NCBI GenBank assembly: GCA_963711085.1
Contig: CAVQCT010000002.1
Location: 263,592 to 327,591 of the forward strand
Length of the DNA: 64,000 nucleotides
DNA from: an uncultured candidate division Zixibacteria bacterium
GTDB taxonomy: Bacteria; Zixibacteria; MSB-5A5; GN15; FEB-12
Direction of reading: 5' to 3'
The position numbers and the translations under genes were made by a program. Below, in pieces: positions 22,001-33,727 of the stretch. The first letter of the stretch is position 1; each line of letters begins with the position of its first letter. The notes under the pieces are model-generated. The model saw nothing but the letters and a program-made list of their open reading frames with translations, was not told the DNA's origin and ran no database searches.

Positions 22001-23846
22001 GTGAGACTTCCATCGATTGCGCAAACCTGGACAGACTGCTGGAGAACGGCCGGTCGTTTTCCGCTTACCATGATCGCGGTGTCGTTTTCCACTGACCATG
22101 ATCGCGGCGGTAGTGGGAACCGTGGTTTCCATTATCTTAGCCGAACACGATTTTGCGAGCGAACCGTCGCCTCTTTACAGCCTGCTGCTGACCGCAGTTC
22201 TGGCCTGCCCTTTGCTGACCGCGCTTACGCTGGCTGATGAAAGATATAGATCCAATTCGAGGCGCGGATGGGTATATCAGGCGATCGGTGTCGTCTTGTT
22301 GGTTGTTTACGCTTTCTCCGTGCCCGCTGATCTTTTTCGCGAGCCAATTTATCATATATTCCGCTTCCAGGCCCTTGGAATTGCCGCTTGTCTGCTCTTG
22401 TCATTTTTGCCCTGCCTGAATCTGCGTCAAGGGAACGGATTCTGGCAGTTCAATCGGGTTGTCGTTTACCGAATCATACTCGCTGGCGCGTTCGCACTGG
22501 TACTTGTTCTCCGGACTCGGATTAGCGCTGGCCGCTCTTGAACACCTGTTCGGTATTGACATTCCGGGAAAGCGCTATCTTGATCTGTGGATTCTGATCA
22601 TGGGACTCTTTGTCGTTCCCTTCATACTTTCCGGCATTCCGGAGAATATTAAGGATCTGGACAGGGTGACCGACTACCCGCGTTCCATGAAGATCTTCGG
22701 ACAATACGTTCTCTCACCGCTTGTTTTGATCTATTTCGTAATACTCTACATTTATATCGCCAAGATAGTATCGTCGCCTGGAACTGGCCGCAGGGATGGG
22801 TGGGACGACTTATTCTCGGATTTTCAGGAGCCGGCATTCTGGCGCTCTTCGTGCTCGATCCAATCCGCGAGAAACTGGAAACCCAATGGATACGGAAAGT
22901 CGCTCGCTGGTATTATGTGATTCTCCTGCCGATGGTTGTTGTTCTGGTTCTGGCCTTGTGGCGGCGCATTTCGGAATACGGAGTCACTGAGGACCGGTAT
23001 ATCGGCGTCGCGATCGCTGCCTGGCTCGCCTTCATCGCTGTTTACTTCCTGTTCAGCCGAACAAAGAGTATCAGAATGATCCCCGCCTCGCTGTGCGTTT
23101 GGACCCTCTTAATCTCGCTCGGCCCCTGGGGGATGTTCTCGGTTTCTGAGCGAAGCCAGGTTGATAGGCTGAAGCAGATTCTTACGGCTGATTCGATATT
23201 AGTGGACGGGAAGGTGCAGACGGCGCCTTCGCCAGTACTTCAGGATGACAAAACGGAAATCTTATCGATACTCAATTATCTGCATCAAGTACACGGCTTC
23301 GCCGAGATACAACCTTGGTTCGACGAATCCCTGAGCCATGATTCTCTCAAAAACGGAACCCGGTTCAAGAGTCCAGGCGAGGTTGCAGAGCTCATGGGGT
23401 TAGACGTGGAGTACGCAGGAAGATTCTTCACCACCGCGACTGATCCAGCCAACCCAATCTCAATCTCCGGTTACGACTACTTTCTGCGAGCTCAGTACGG
23501 TGGACTCGATCCGAAACCGAAACTGGAGGGGTGCTGCGATTCGCTTCGCAATCTGGTTACGGCAACTGCTGACTCGGTTATCATTCAGTTTTCTGCCGAC
23601 AGCGCCCCGCCGACCTTGCTGGAGATACCGGTACACTCGTTTATTGCACAGGCTGTTCTGGCCGACACCTTGCATCGGAGAGGACATGCTCCAGTTGAGC
23701 AGGCGGTAACCGAGTATGAGACAGTGGATTTTCGAACCAGGCTGGTTCTGGTCGCTGCTTCGGTCCGCGTAGGGCCAAACGGAGTAGTCCGTCTACAGTC
23801 GTACGAACTCCTGATCCTCTATTCGCGAAAGGGGGAATCGAAGTAG
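22001..23846 (+). CDS. DUF4153 multi-pass membrane protein; several frameshifts (about 22085, 22505, 22770)
   Basis: RFPL N-terminus, RISEYGVTEDRY, GPWGMFSVSERSQ over consecutive ORF pieces. Confidence 0.8.
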
Positions 23847-24010
23847 AGGCTGCTTCAAAAACACGAGCACTGAACCGGAAAGTGCAAGTGTACTATTGTC
23901 TAAGATTTGGTCCGAAATTGAGTCGCAGGTTGTCGGACGCAATCGACCCCGTCAGGAGTCAGTATGATCCGACCGCGTCTTGTTGAAAGCGACTTCGCGC
24001 GGAGTACCAC

Positions 24011-26576
24011 TTACCGGAGCTTAACTCTTGCCGTCACGACGGTGAAGTCATCGGCCAGATGTATGGTGCCAATGAACTGCGCCACCACTTCTTCCAGAGT
24101 ATCAAGCAGAACTTGCGGTGGCTGATGCGAATTGGTTGAAAGGAATTGTTCGATTCTATGTTCCCCGAACATTTCATCAGAGCTGTTGGTCGCTTCACTT
24201 AAGCCGTCCGTGTACAGAAAGATTGTGTCCCCGGCCGACAGGTGCGTTCTTCCCAACAAATAGGGCATGTCCGTGACCGCTCCCAGAAGAACCCCTCCTT
24301 CGGCAAGAGCTTGAATCTGGCCGTCGTTGTTCACGACCAGGGGTTGATTGTGTCCGGCGTTGACATACTCGAGCTCGCCCGTCTTCGGGTCGAAGAGGGC
24401 GACAAAGAAGGTAATGAACTGATCGGGTTGGGAATTCCGGTACACTAATCGATTTATATTGGCTACGACTTCGTTCAATCTGATTTGGCTCGTTGGCCGT
24501 GGTCCCGCACTCTCACCAGCCGGCAGGTTTGCCCCAATCCCGATGGCCATCCGCAGAGAGGCCTGAACATTCGACATCAGCAAGGCCGCCCCGGCCCCCT
24601 TTCCGGAAACATCGCCGATTGCCAGCACTGTCCGGCCATCGCCGACCTCGATCACATCGTAATAATCTCCCGCCACTTCGGTACAGAACCGGCTCAAGGC
24701 GGCAACCTCCAGACCCGGAGTTTCCGGAATATCGTGCGGAAGCATTCCTTCCTGCACTTTGCGTGCGACCGACAACTCAGCCTCCATCCGTTTCTTTTGA
24801 ACGTTGTCTTCGACCAGCATTATGTTGTCGGCGGCGACTGCTATCTGATTGCCCAGCGACTGCAGAATCTCAAAATCGGCCGGCTCATAATCCCGACGTT
24901 CGGATTTCAATCCAATCCCGAGAAAGCCGATCAATTCCGATCGAGTAACCATCGGCAATATCAACGCCACCTGATTGGTGTCCAGCCAGTCCCGTTCACC
25001 GGCCGTGAACGATATCCTTCCGCCGGCCTCCAGCTCGTCTCGCATGACCGGCCGTCCTCCAACCCGGGAAATAGTAGTCATGAAGAGGCTGTTCTTTTCG
25101 AATGGTGTCGCCGGGCCGGTCCAGAGCTGAAATTGACTATTACCGGGCGCTCTCAGGACGGGATACACCTGCTCGACTTTGAGCGCCGTCTTCAATCGAT
25201 CCACCATCTCGGTCCAGAAGATCTTCCGATCGACGCTCGACATCGAGTGAAGCAAGAAATCCTGCAGCATTCCGTTCAACCGAAATCGCTCGGGATAGAT
25301 CCATCTGTCCAGAACGCTCAGGAGCCGCCGCTGGGCCGGCGTAAAGCCGATCGCCAGTATCAGCGCGATAATCAGGACCGGAGTCCGGCTTTCAATGCCA
25401 AGCACTTCGAGCATGAATTCGCTGGAGAAATAGATCAAGGTGTAGAAGACGGCCAGCAGAGCAAGGGCAGTCAGAAAATGTCGCGTACCCCTGCGAATCC
25501 GTCCCTGAACTTCAAGCAACCGATACTTGCCGAACGCATAGGCAAACGACAGCGGTGACAGGAGCAGAAGCAGGAATAACACGATGAATGACGCCGTGAG
25601 ATAAAGTTCGGGCAGGCGCTCCAATAGTCCCGGAGCCAGGATCACGATCAATACGAAGAGTCCATCAGCGATCAGTCCGGTACCTGTTCCCCATAACACC
25701 AGACTGGTTTGTCGCTTTTCAAGCGGCACGTGGGTTCGTCGATGATACCTGTTCAGCAGAATAAACCCCACACTTACCTGAATGACAATCAGCACGAACA
25801 GAGCTGTCGCAAGAGTTTTCTCGTGGTCGAACTTCAGGATCTGCATACAGGGCCGCGGGCGGCACATAGCATAGTGCGTACGCCCAAACCGGGTGCTTCT
25901 TGATGAACGCGCGGGGGGAGGGGAAGAGAAGCTGAAGATTCAGCCAGAATGCTCCGAAGTATACAGCCAGATAGCCCATAGCGTATCTCAAGGCGCTGAG
26001 GGCGGGAAGAGAAAGTGTCGCAAAGCTGTCGTTTATCATGGTCACCGAAGTCATAAAAAGACAGCTCATTGCATAACAGAAGAGAGTCAGGGATCGAACG
26101 GCGCCCGAGTCAGGACGTTTTGCAAATGCCCAGATACCGACTACCAGAAAGCAGACCGAAATCAGAAACCGGAGTGCCATAAGGATCGCCTCTAACACAA
26201 CCTGTCGGGTCGGTACCGGTCGCGTCCGCACGATGGTGCGTAGAGTGTCGCCTCTTGAGCGGAATGTGATGCTTACTTCATGTCCCGGTGGACGGGGATA
26301 TGAGAAGTTCTGAAAGATATTTGTCTGTGTTGCAGCGGTATCGTTGATTGTGAGAAGTTGATCTCCCGGATGGGGAAACGGTGGGGACACGAAATCCGCC
26401 GTGTCAACCCTTATCAGGGTGACCATACTGTCTGTGCTGGCAATTGAACTGCCGACTAATCCGGACCTGCTGAAGTTAATAAGTTTGACGGTGTCCTGCG
26501 TGTAATACAGTCCATAGAAGATCACCACGGCGACAGTGATGACCACAATGAATAGTTTAATGGCTTTCGAAATCAC
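24011..26576 (-). CDS. Membrane PDZ-GAF-SpoIIE (PP2C-type) phosphatase; frameshift near 25850
   Basis: GDYYD, GDVSGKG, NAGH, LYTDG, DDFT PP2C motifs; GAF-like region; N-terminal PDZ-like and TM segments. Confidence 0.88.
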
Positions 26577-26910
26577 AGGATTCCCCGGGTTATCTTCTCA
26601 CAGGAATTCATTCGATCTCCGGTAAGTATGCTGCCGGCAATCCGATCGGTCAACGTAAATTGTGAACGGACATCCGCTTGATTTCGACAGTTTTAAGGAA
26701 GGGAGCAAGGCTGGTTATCGTCTGCGTGGCACTGGTAGCCCCGGGTCCGCCGTTTCATACCCACTACCGCCAGGAAGTGACCGGGTGGGAAAATTATGGA
26801 GTGAATTCCCCCCTGCCCAGCAACCGACCCTTGCTTAAGGACTGATTTCCAGGTATATTTCAGGAAAGGGTTGGACGCACCGAAACGGTACTTCGCGGGA
26901 GAGCGACAAT

Positions 26911-27849
26911 ATGTCTCGCTTGCTTCGGACAGGAATTGTCTCAGCATTTCTTCTTATGATCCTGGCGACTGCCGCAGCGGCCGCGGAATTACGCATCCAA
27001 ACCGAGCCCCACTTTTCCTCGAACTGCTATGACTCTCAGGATTCTGCAACGATATCCCTCTCGGACCTTTCCGTTCCGATCAGCGGATTTCGCCTGGCCC
27101 TTGGAATCGAGGGAGCCAGCATCTTATCGCTCAAAGTCGAACCGGGGTCGTTCTTGCAGGATTGTCAATGGGAGTATCTCACCTGGCGTCTGACCCGACC
27201 GGAATCGATCGCCCAGCTGCCTCATCGGGGTAGCCACGTGACTGCTGTCCTGGAGATCACGGGCCTGGCCACCGTCTCGGTGTCACATGTCCCGGCGTGC
27301 AACACCGCCCCCGGGTCGCTCGATCTCGTGAACCTCACTTTCCTCCTGGCGACATCGGATCAGGAAAATCGATGTGCTTTCCTTCCGCTACGATTCTACT
27401 GGCGGGACTGTGGGGACAATGTACTCTATTCGGCAAGCAGTGATACGGTCTATGTGGCCGATCAGGTCCTCGACTTGTCTCTCACGCCCGGCGCACTTAC
27501 GGCACCCTTTCCCGGATTTGGCGCTCCGGCGGACCAGTGCGACTCATCGACCGGCAAGCCTCACGTTCCGATGTTCACAGCGGTCAACGGCGGGTTCGAT
27601 CTGGCCTGCATAGACTCCGGGTCCTGTGCCGGGGATTTGAATCTCGATGGTACTTCTTTCGGAGTGGATGATCTCATCATGTACGTCAACTACTTCAACG
27701 TTGGCGTCAGCGCCTTTGGCGTCCATATTGCCGCGAGTGTGGCCCAATCGGACATTAACGGCGATGGCCGGACTCTGACTCCGGACGATCTCATTCTGAT
27801 GGCACGAATTGTTTTCGGTGACTTTACGCCACCAATCAGTCTGCGGTAG
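26911..27849 (+). CDS. Secreted cohesin-like plus dockerin-like protein
   Basis: Signal peptide; beta-sandwich with WEYLTWR and LRFYWRDCGDN; GDLNLDG...DL and SDINGDG...DDL dockerin repeats. Confidence 0.7.
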   Translation: MSRLLRTGIVSAFLLMILATAAAAAELRIQTEPHFSSNCYDSQDSATISLSDLSVPISGFRLALGIEGASILSLKVEPGSFLQDCQWEYLTWRLTRPESIAQLPHRGSHVTAVLEITGLATVSVSHVPACNTAPGSLDLVNLTFLLATSDQENRCAFLPLRFYWRDCGDNVLYSASSDTVYVADQVLDLSLTPGALTAPFPGFGAPADQCDSSTGKPHVPMFTAVNGGFDLACIDSGSCAGDLNLDGTSFGVDDLIMYVNYFNVGVSAFGVHIAASVAQSDINGDGRTLTPDDLILMARIVFGDFTPPISLR

Positions 27850-27962
27850 GGTCAGGGACAACCCAATACATTTCGATAAGCCGGCTCGTAAGCAGAGTGG
27901 TCTTGACTCCGATCCTTCCTCTTCAGTCTTTGCACGGTGATCGAGATCGATCTTGAGATCAC

Positions 27963-28493
27963 CTAATAGACAAATGGAATGATCCTCTTGGTGCGTGACC
28001 TGTAGTCAGAATAATCCGGAAAGTGCTCAAGCAGGAGCCTTTCCTCGATCGCGATTCTGGAAATCGCGAAAACTGAGACTACGGCTCCAATCCCCAAATT
28101 TACAATCGACCAGTGCCCGGCGATGCTCACCCAGATCAGCAGCAGCGCGGCGGCGTACATGGGATGGCGGATCAGTCGGTAAGGTCCCCTGGTGATTAAT
28201 GTGCCACTGCCCGGATCGGCCGTTACTCGGAGTTGCTGTCCTCCGAACGCCAACCGCGCGGACACGACGAGGGCAAGAGCCAGCAGTTGTCCCACGATGA
28301 TCGGAATCGATCGGCTGAACAAGTCACCTTGAATCAGCAGACCAAGAAGGGCGAGAATCACCACAATCAGGGTGTATCTTCGGATAAACAAGCTTATCCC
28401 GATGTCGGCCAAGCAAGCACCTCCACTGTTGGATGTTTGAGTTGAATCTGGTAGTTGTACGCAAACCGACCGCAACTCTTGCAGGAAATCCAA
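27963..28493 (-). CDS. Isoprenylcysteine carboxyl methyltransferase family protein (start uncertain)
   Basis: LITRGPYRLIRHPMY, EERLL...Y..Y...TKRIIP. Confidence 0.85.
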   Translation of the reverse strand: MDFLQELRSVCVQLPDSTQTSNSGGACLADIGISLFIRRYTLIVVILALLGLLIQGDLFSRSIPIIVGQLLALALVVSARLAFGGQQLRVTADPGSGTLITRGPYRLIRHPMYAAALLLIWVSIAGHWSIVNLGIGAVVSVFAISRIAIEERLLLEHFPDYSDYRSRTKRIIPFVY

Positions 28494-28648
28494 AGGGATT
28501 TTTTCAATAGGCAGACTCCGTCAAACGACCGGGTAGGAGGCGAAGGAACAAACCTTATCAGCTCAATGTTTAAATCTGGATGCCGGGGTAAAATGACGTC
28601 ACGGGAAGTCTGCAACACTTGCTATCTGTTCCAAATGAAAGGAAGTTC

Positions 28649-29092
28649 ATGACAATCGGGACAAGTATTGAAGAAATCAAGATTGGGCAGGTTGTGGTCC
28701 GTTTCCTGCTTGAGGGAAAAGCATCAGGGGGTAATGTAGCCATCTTTGAGTTCGATATTCCGGCGGGGGCCAAAGTACCGGCAGCACACAGTCATGACGG
28801 TTACGAAGAATCTATCTATGGACTCGAAGGCGTCCTGACCTGGACCGTCGACGGAAAGAAAATCGATGTAGGACCGGGCCAGGTGCTGTGCATTCCCCGA
28901 GGAGCGGTGCACCGCTTTGACAATGAGTATTCCGATGATGCCAGGATGCTGGCTATCGTCACCCCAGGCGTGCTTGGCCCCGAATTTTTCCGTGCGTGTG
29001 CCGAGATAGTAAACGCGTCTGCCGGCGGTCCGCCCGATTTTGTCGCTCTTGGCGCGGTAATGAGAAAGTACGGTCTTACCCCCGCACCATAG
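28649..29092 (+). CDS. Cupin domain protein
   Basis: AHSHDGYEE...IPRGAVH. Confidence 0.88.
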   Translation: MTIGTSIEEIKIGQVVVRFLLEGKASGGNVAIFEFDIPAGAKVPAAHSHDGYEESIYGLEGVLTWTVDGKKIDVGPGQVLCIPRGAVHRFDNEYSDDARMLAIVTPGVLGPEFFRACAEIVNASAGGPPDFVALGAVMRKYGLTPAP

Positions 29093-29425
29093 CCCCCATC
29101 CCGTATCCTCTGCTCGCACAAGGCGGTCGGGCAGAGGCGTGAGTCCGGGAATTGACAAAGATGAAGGCGTTCGGTCCATTTTCCCGCCTTCGCGATCAAA
29201 TAAGGGCTTGACGGCTCCATGAAGTCTCATTATCTTCCAAGCTACTGGTGTAGCGCGGACGGCCGGTTGTCTTTTGGTCGGATTGCGCTCCAGGTCCACA
29301 AACGTCTCCGGTTTAGTGTCGGCTAATTAGAAGGATAAGCCTGTCAGCCGGACCGTCGGAAACGACGGATATCCATACAGTAACTCAGCACCCTCATAAC
29401 ACCCCTCTATCTCAAGGAGCGAAGA

Positions 29426-31858
29426 ATGCTTCGTATCAAGTTCGTGGCACTCATTCTTCTGGGCGTGGTTTGCGCGTTCGCATCCGTTGCCCTGTCTAGC
29501 CCAATGCTGTTCTCACATCAAGGTCGAATTCTCGACGGCACCGGGCAACCGCTTAACGGTGTGGTCCCGATCAAATTCTCCCTGTTTGACTCCTCCTCCG
29601 ATGGGGTGGAAGTCTGGACCGAGACGCATCAGGCCGTGACCGTCACCGACGGCCTGTATTCGGTGCTTCTTGGCTCCGTTACCCCGCTTTCTGCGGATCT
29701 GTTTGCCGCTCCCCCTTCCAGCGGAGCCGCTCAGCACGATTTATATTTGGAAATTGAAGTCAACGGGTCCGTCCTGTCGCCCCGCAGTCAGATTATATCG
29801 ACACCGTACTCCGCGGTATCCACCAGAGTGGACGGGGATTTGCAAACGGGGCCAGGTATGCTTCGGGTCGACTATCTCGATCCCGATGACGATGGAGACG
29901 GCCTCTTGTTCAACGACGACCTGGATAGCTCTGTCCTTGCACTGAGCGAGAAAGACGGCCTCGGGGGGAGCAACGCGCTTACCTATAAGTTTTACCAGCC
30001 GGGACAACCGCAATATGGCAATATCGTTTTTGAACACAGCAGTTCCGGACAGCCGCCTGACACGTCTTACCAATTTGATGTTCGAGCCGACGCCAGAATA
30101 GAGAAGTTCAACGTAAAGGAGAGTTTCGGTCCGTCGCATGGCACCAAGAGCTCGAGGCAGGGAGTGACGGACAGCGCAGGGTTTGTCGATGCCTCCTCAT
30201 CGGACGGAATGGACAGCAGCAGTGCAGTTATGAGCGCAGGCGTCGACCGGTCGGTTCTCAAGAATTATTTTGAAACCGGCGATGTCCCCACCGAATCACA
30301 GTTCGGGGTTATCTCGGACACCGCCGTCATCTCGCTTTCGCACAATACCGACGCCGGCAACATCGATTGCCGGGTGACTCCGGAAGTATCTTCGGTGGCC
30401 ATCAAGACTAAGGGAACGGGTGCCGATCCCAACCGGGTCGTCTCAATCTCGTCCAGCGCCAGTGATTCGGGCGTTATCGATCTGAGCCTGGATGACAACG
30501 GTAACGGGTCCGCCAAAGCTCGCGGGATAATTTCGGTTAAGGCTTCTACCGGTGTCGGAAGCGTCACGAGTCGGATGACTACGGATAATAACGAAAATGG
30601 CAACCCTGAGTCCGAGGCCCTGACCACGGTGACGGCCGACTCCATTCTCGACGTTCTTGAGAGCGACAGTGACGATGACGGCGTCGCAGAAGTGAGCGAC
30701 AAAAGAAAAATCATCGCAGGAACATTTTCCGGTGGCCCCGGAACAGTCAATCTGCGAGTTGTAGATATCGACGGTGACGGCGTCCCGGAAAGCTCCGATG
30801 AAACCCGGCTTCTGGCTCACGAAGTCACGCATACTGTTCAGCAAAAATCAGGCTCCGGTGTTGAACAACGGACAATGACTTCGGAGACTACCTCAGACAC
30901 GTCCGGCGTATCATCCGAGATGAGAGTCAACAAAGGTATCAATGAACAATTGCCATACGCAACCCTGAGAACCAGTGTCTCAACTCAGTCGCTCGTTTGC
31001 GCTGCCGGACTGGACATCGATCAGGATGGAAATACGGACGTGTCGGCGACAGAGAAGGTATTGCCATCCGGAGCTTCTCATTCGATCGTTTGGAACTCGT
31101 TAACGGACCCTGGCGTCAGTCACAAGCTGCGGCTCGAGGCTGATAGCGCAAAGTCGGAGCTCGTGAGCAGCATCGATCTGGATGGCGACGGCTTGTCGGA
31201 TGTGGCCACGAGCGAAACCTGTACCGCCGATTCGGCATCTCAGGAGACATCGTTCGATTATCCCAACGCCCAGACCCCGTCATCCACCTCCAGTGCCCGG
31301 GTGACTGCCAATCGGAAGAAATGCCTTACGAGTAATTTCCATTTGAGTCCCTTATCTCGAACCGAAGCTTCCAGCACCTGCGATTCCACAACCTCCAGCT
31401 CCTCCTGGACCGCGGATGATTTTAGCGGCGCTCTGGCCTCTCTCACGATTCAGGTCAGTACCGATACGACCCTCAATCCGATCCAGCATTCTTCGGGCGC
31501 GCATCTCACCCCCGGTGGGGATTGGACCAATGCTTCCGACGTGAATCGTAAAGAGAATTTCGAGCCGGTTGACGGTGATGATCTTCTCAAGAAAATCGAG
31601 TCACTCGATATCAGTGAATGGAATTACAAATCCGAGTCTGATGACGTCAAGCACATTGGTCCGACTGCCCAGGATTTCAAAAAGACTTTCGGCGTCGGTT
31701 CCGACGGCAAATCTATCTCGACGATAGATCCTGCCGGTATAGCCCTGGCCGCGATCAAGGCGCTTAACGAAAAGAGCAAGAAAGTAGATGAGCTTGAAGC
31801 AAAAGTGAATGAACTTACCGCTCTGGTTGATAAACTGGTGAGCGAGCAGAAAAAATAG
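29426..31858 (+). CDS. Secreted fibre-like protein with C-terminal peptidase S74 intramolecular chaperone domain
   Basis: Signal peptide; QGRILD...WTE...TPYS N-domain; SDVNRKENF...WNYK...HIGPTAQDF plus coiled coil; DxDxDG repeats. Confidence 0.88.
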   Translation: MLRIKFVALILLGVVCAFASVALSSPMLFSHQGRILDGTGQPLNGVVPIKFSLFDSSSDGVEVWTETHQAVTVTDGLYSVLLGSVTPLSADLFAAPPSSGAAQHDLYLEIEVNGSVLSPRSQIISTPYSAVSTRVDGDLQTGPGMLRVDYLDPDDDGDGLLFNDDLDSSVLALSEKDGLGGSNALTYKFYQPGQPQYGNIVFEHSSSGQPPDTSYQFDVRADARIEKFNVKESFGPSHGTKSSRQGVTDSAGFVDASSSDGMDSSSAVMSAGVDRSVLKNYFETGDVPTESQFGVISDTAVISLSHNTDAGNIDCRVTPEVSSVAIKTKGTGADPNRVVSISSSASDSGVIDLSLDDNGNGSAKARGIISVKASTGVGSVTSRMTTDNNENGNPESEALTTVTADSILDVLESDSDDDGVAEVSDKRKIIAGTFSGGPGTVNLRVVDIDGDGVPESSDETRLLAHEVTHTVQQKSGSGVEQRTMTSETTSDTSGVSSEMRVNKGINEQLPYATLRTSVSTQSLVCAAGLDIDQDGNTDVSATEKVLPSGASHSIVWNSLTDPGVSHKLRLEADSAKSELVSSIDLDGDGLSDVATSETCTADSASQETSFDYPNAQTPSSTSSARVTANRKKCLTSNFHLSPLSRTEASSTCDSTTSSSSWTADDFSGALASLTIQVSTDTTLNPIQHSSGAHLTPGGDWTNASDVNRKENFEPVDGDDLLKKIESLDISEWNYKSESDDVKHIGPTAQDFKKTFGVGSDGKSISTIDPAGIALAAIKALNEKSKKVDELEAKVNELTALVDKLVSEQKK

Positions 31859-31887
31859 GCCGCGACGCATCTGCAAGTCAATATACT

Positions 31888-31919
31888 GTAAGCCCCACTA
31901 AATCGGGGCTTACTATTTT
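31888..31919 (+). terminator. Rho-independent terminator
   Basis: gtaagcccc-N8-ggggcttac followed by tatttt. Confidence 0.7.
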
Positions 31920-32108
31920 GACGGAACCTGCTTGCGACATGATCCCTGACTGAACCGAACCTGAGAGCGCTGTGTTCAACAGCTATAGACCCCGGGATAA
32001 ACGGTATCCCTGTCTCAGGAAGCAAGGCAGACTCACAGGATTGCGCCATGCGTTTAATAGGAAGTATCTTCATTGACAGAAACAAAGTAATTAAGAAGGC
32101 ACGTCATT

Positions 32109-32978
32109 ATGGTCTCCGACATTCAAAAGGAAAAAGCCAAACGGTTCTTGAAACTTCATCACGACAAGGAAGTTCTCGTCCTGCTCAACTCCTGGGACAT
32201 CGGAAGTTCCAAACTGATCGAAGCCTGCGGCTACAAAGCGATCGCCACAACAAGCATGGGCGTCGCCGCCTCTTTAGGTTATCCTGACTGCCAGGTGATT
32301 CAGTTGTCGGAAATGATCGAAGTGATGACCGGAATTGCGAAAGTCGTGCAAGCTCCGGTGACGGTTGACATAGAAGCGGGGTACGGAAAAGATCTGGATC
32401 AGATAGTCGACTCCGTCAGGCAAATAATCGCAACAGGGATCGTCGGGATAAACATAGAAGACAGTATCGATTTGAGTCCAAAACTCGTCGACGAGATGGA
32501 GTTTTGCGAGAGAATATCAGCTATTCGGGCATTGTCAGAGTCGTTGGGCTTTCATCTGGTAATCAATGCAAGAACGGACTCGTTCTATACCTCCTCAGGT
32601 TCACCGCAAGAAAAGTTATCCGAGTCTATCAAGCGTGGCAACAAATACCGCGAAGCTGGGGCGGACTGCATATTTGTGCAACCGGTTACTGACAAAGAAA
32701 CGATTGCCACGTTGGTGAAGGAGATCAACGCACCAATTAATATTCTCGCAAACCCGACGAACGGCAAGGCGCTGCCTCCTTCGGTCGGCGAACTTCAAGA
32801 GTTGGGTGTTGCCCGACTGAGTCTTGGTTCGAGTGTGATGAAAGCGACTCTAGCTTTGATCAAAAGAGTTGCTGACGAACTGTCTGAAAAGGGAACTTAC
32901 GGGAATTTATCAGACGCGTTGACACCATTTCCTGAAGCCGCCCTGGCCTATAAGATGGCAATAGGGCAGAACAAATGA
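32109..32978 (+). CDS. Isocitrate lyase/PEP mutase family protein
   Basis: WDIGS, ATTS, VDIEAGYG, GINIED, INARTD, AGADCIF. Confidence 0.92.
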   Translation: MVSDIQKEKAKRFLKLHHDKEVLVLLNSWDIGSSKLIEACGYKAIATTSMGVAASLGYPDCQVIQLSEMIEVMTGIAKVVQAPVTVDIEAGYGKDLDQIVDSVRQIIATGIVGINIEDSIDLSPKLVDEMEFCERISAIRALSESLGFHLVINARTDSFYTSSGSPQEKLSESIKRGNKYREAGADCIFVQPVTDKETIATLVKEINAPINILANPTNGKALPPSVGELQELGVARLSLGSSVMKATLALIKRVADELSEKGTYGNLSDALTPFPEAALAYKMAIGQNK

Positions 32979-33046
32979 AGAATAATCGTTGAAGCGGGCC
33001 GGGTACAGGATGATGTACCGAGAATGCCGTTCACTCCGGCAGATCC

Positions 33047-33727
33047 TCAGCACTTCGCCAAAACCGACTCGACCAGCTTTCGGCGCCTCGGAGCGTACGG
33101 GCCCGAACTCTTTGATCGAGCAAGAAACTGCTCACAGAGACGCGCGGTGTATTTCATTTCATTCCGGGCCCCTGGCAAGTCGATTTCGCTGAGCGCGAGC
33201 AAGGTATAGAAGAAGGGGAAGCGGCGCCATTTGCCAGTGCCATCGCGATGCACCTTCAGCGTCTTCATTCCTCGATCAAGCCAATGTTCCGCCCCGGGAA
33301 GGCCGCCAGCGGTGATATGGCGCCAGAGCGATGGATCGCAGGTCCCGCAGCAATACATGTCTTTTCCTGCCTGTTCAGCCCGCTCAAGAGCCTCGAGCAT
33401 GCCATCGGTCGCCGATTTCAGAGCAACTTTCACGAGTTTCGATTTAGGTTTAAGCAGCAGCAAAGCCCGGCAAGCCTCCTCTCCGGAGACATGCCTGAGC
33501 GAAGCACTTGGCCCTAATCGTTCGCCAGTGAAGAGGCGAATTCCATTCTTGAGATCCGCGTCCGTGGGAGCGAACATGTTGGCATACGACTTCGGAAGCC
33601 CCTGACGTCCGGCGATCCAGAGGGCTGTTTCTTCACGCTCCCCGACCGATATCTTCTGATTGAGATAAAAAGCTTCGCTGACCGAATCGAGCGTCTTCGC
33701 GAGGCTGTTTTGATATACTCTTATCAT
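33047..33727 (-). CDS. Conserved hypothetical protein
   Basis: 226-aa ORF with GGAGG RBS; YCCGTC and WRRFPFFYTLLAL motifs. Confidence 0.7.
   Translation of the reverse strand: MIRVYQNSLAKTLDSVSEAFYLNQKISVGEREETALWIAGRQGLPKSYANMFAPTDADLKNGIRLFTGERLGPSASLRHVSGEEACRALLLLKPKSKLVKVALKSATDGMLEALERAEQAGKDMYCCGTCDPSLWRHITAGGLPGAEHWLDRGMKTLKVHRDGTGKWRRFPFFYTLLALSEIDLPGARNEMKYTARLCEQFLARSKSSGPYAPRRRKLVESVLAKC

Noticed and set aside
23932-23972. gtcgga...tccgac hairpin as another REP family
   Set aside because: Single copy between convergent genes; more simply a terminator-like structure
24485-25558. 357-aa plus-strand ORF and similar long antisense ORFs elsewhere
   Set aside because: Shadow frames of well-supported opposite-strand genes, with no recognisable motifs
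29290-29400. Riboswitch upstream of the S74 gene (ccgtcggaaacgacgg hairpin)
   Set aside because: Only a single GAAA-loop hairpin; no c-di-GMP or other consensus recognised
29426-31858. Prophage tail fibre or true DUF4157 metallopeptidase
   Set aside because: It has a signal peptide and no phage neighbours; the HExxH motif lacks the surrounding DUF4157 domain
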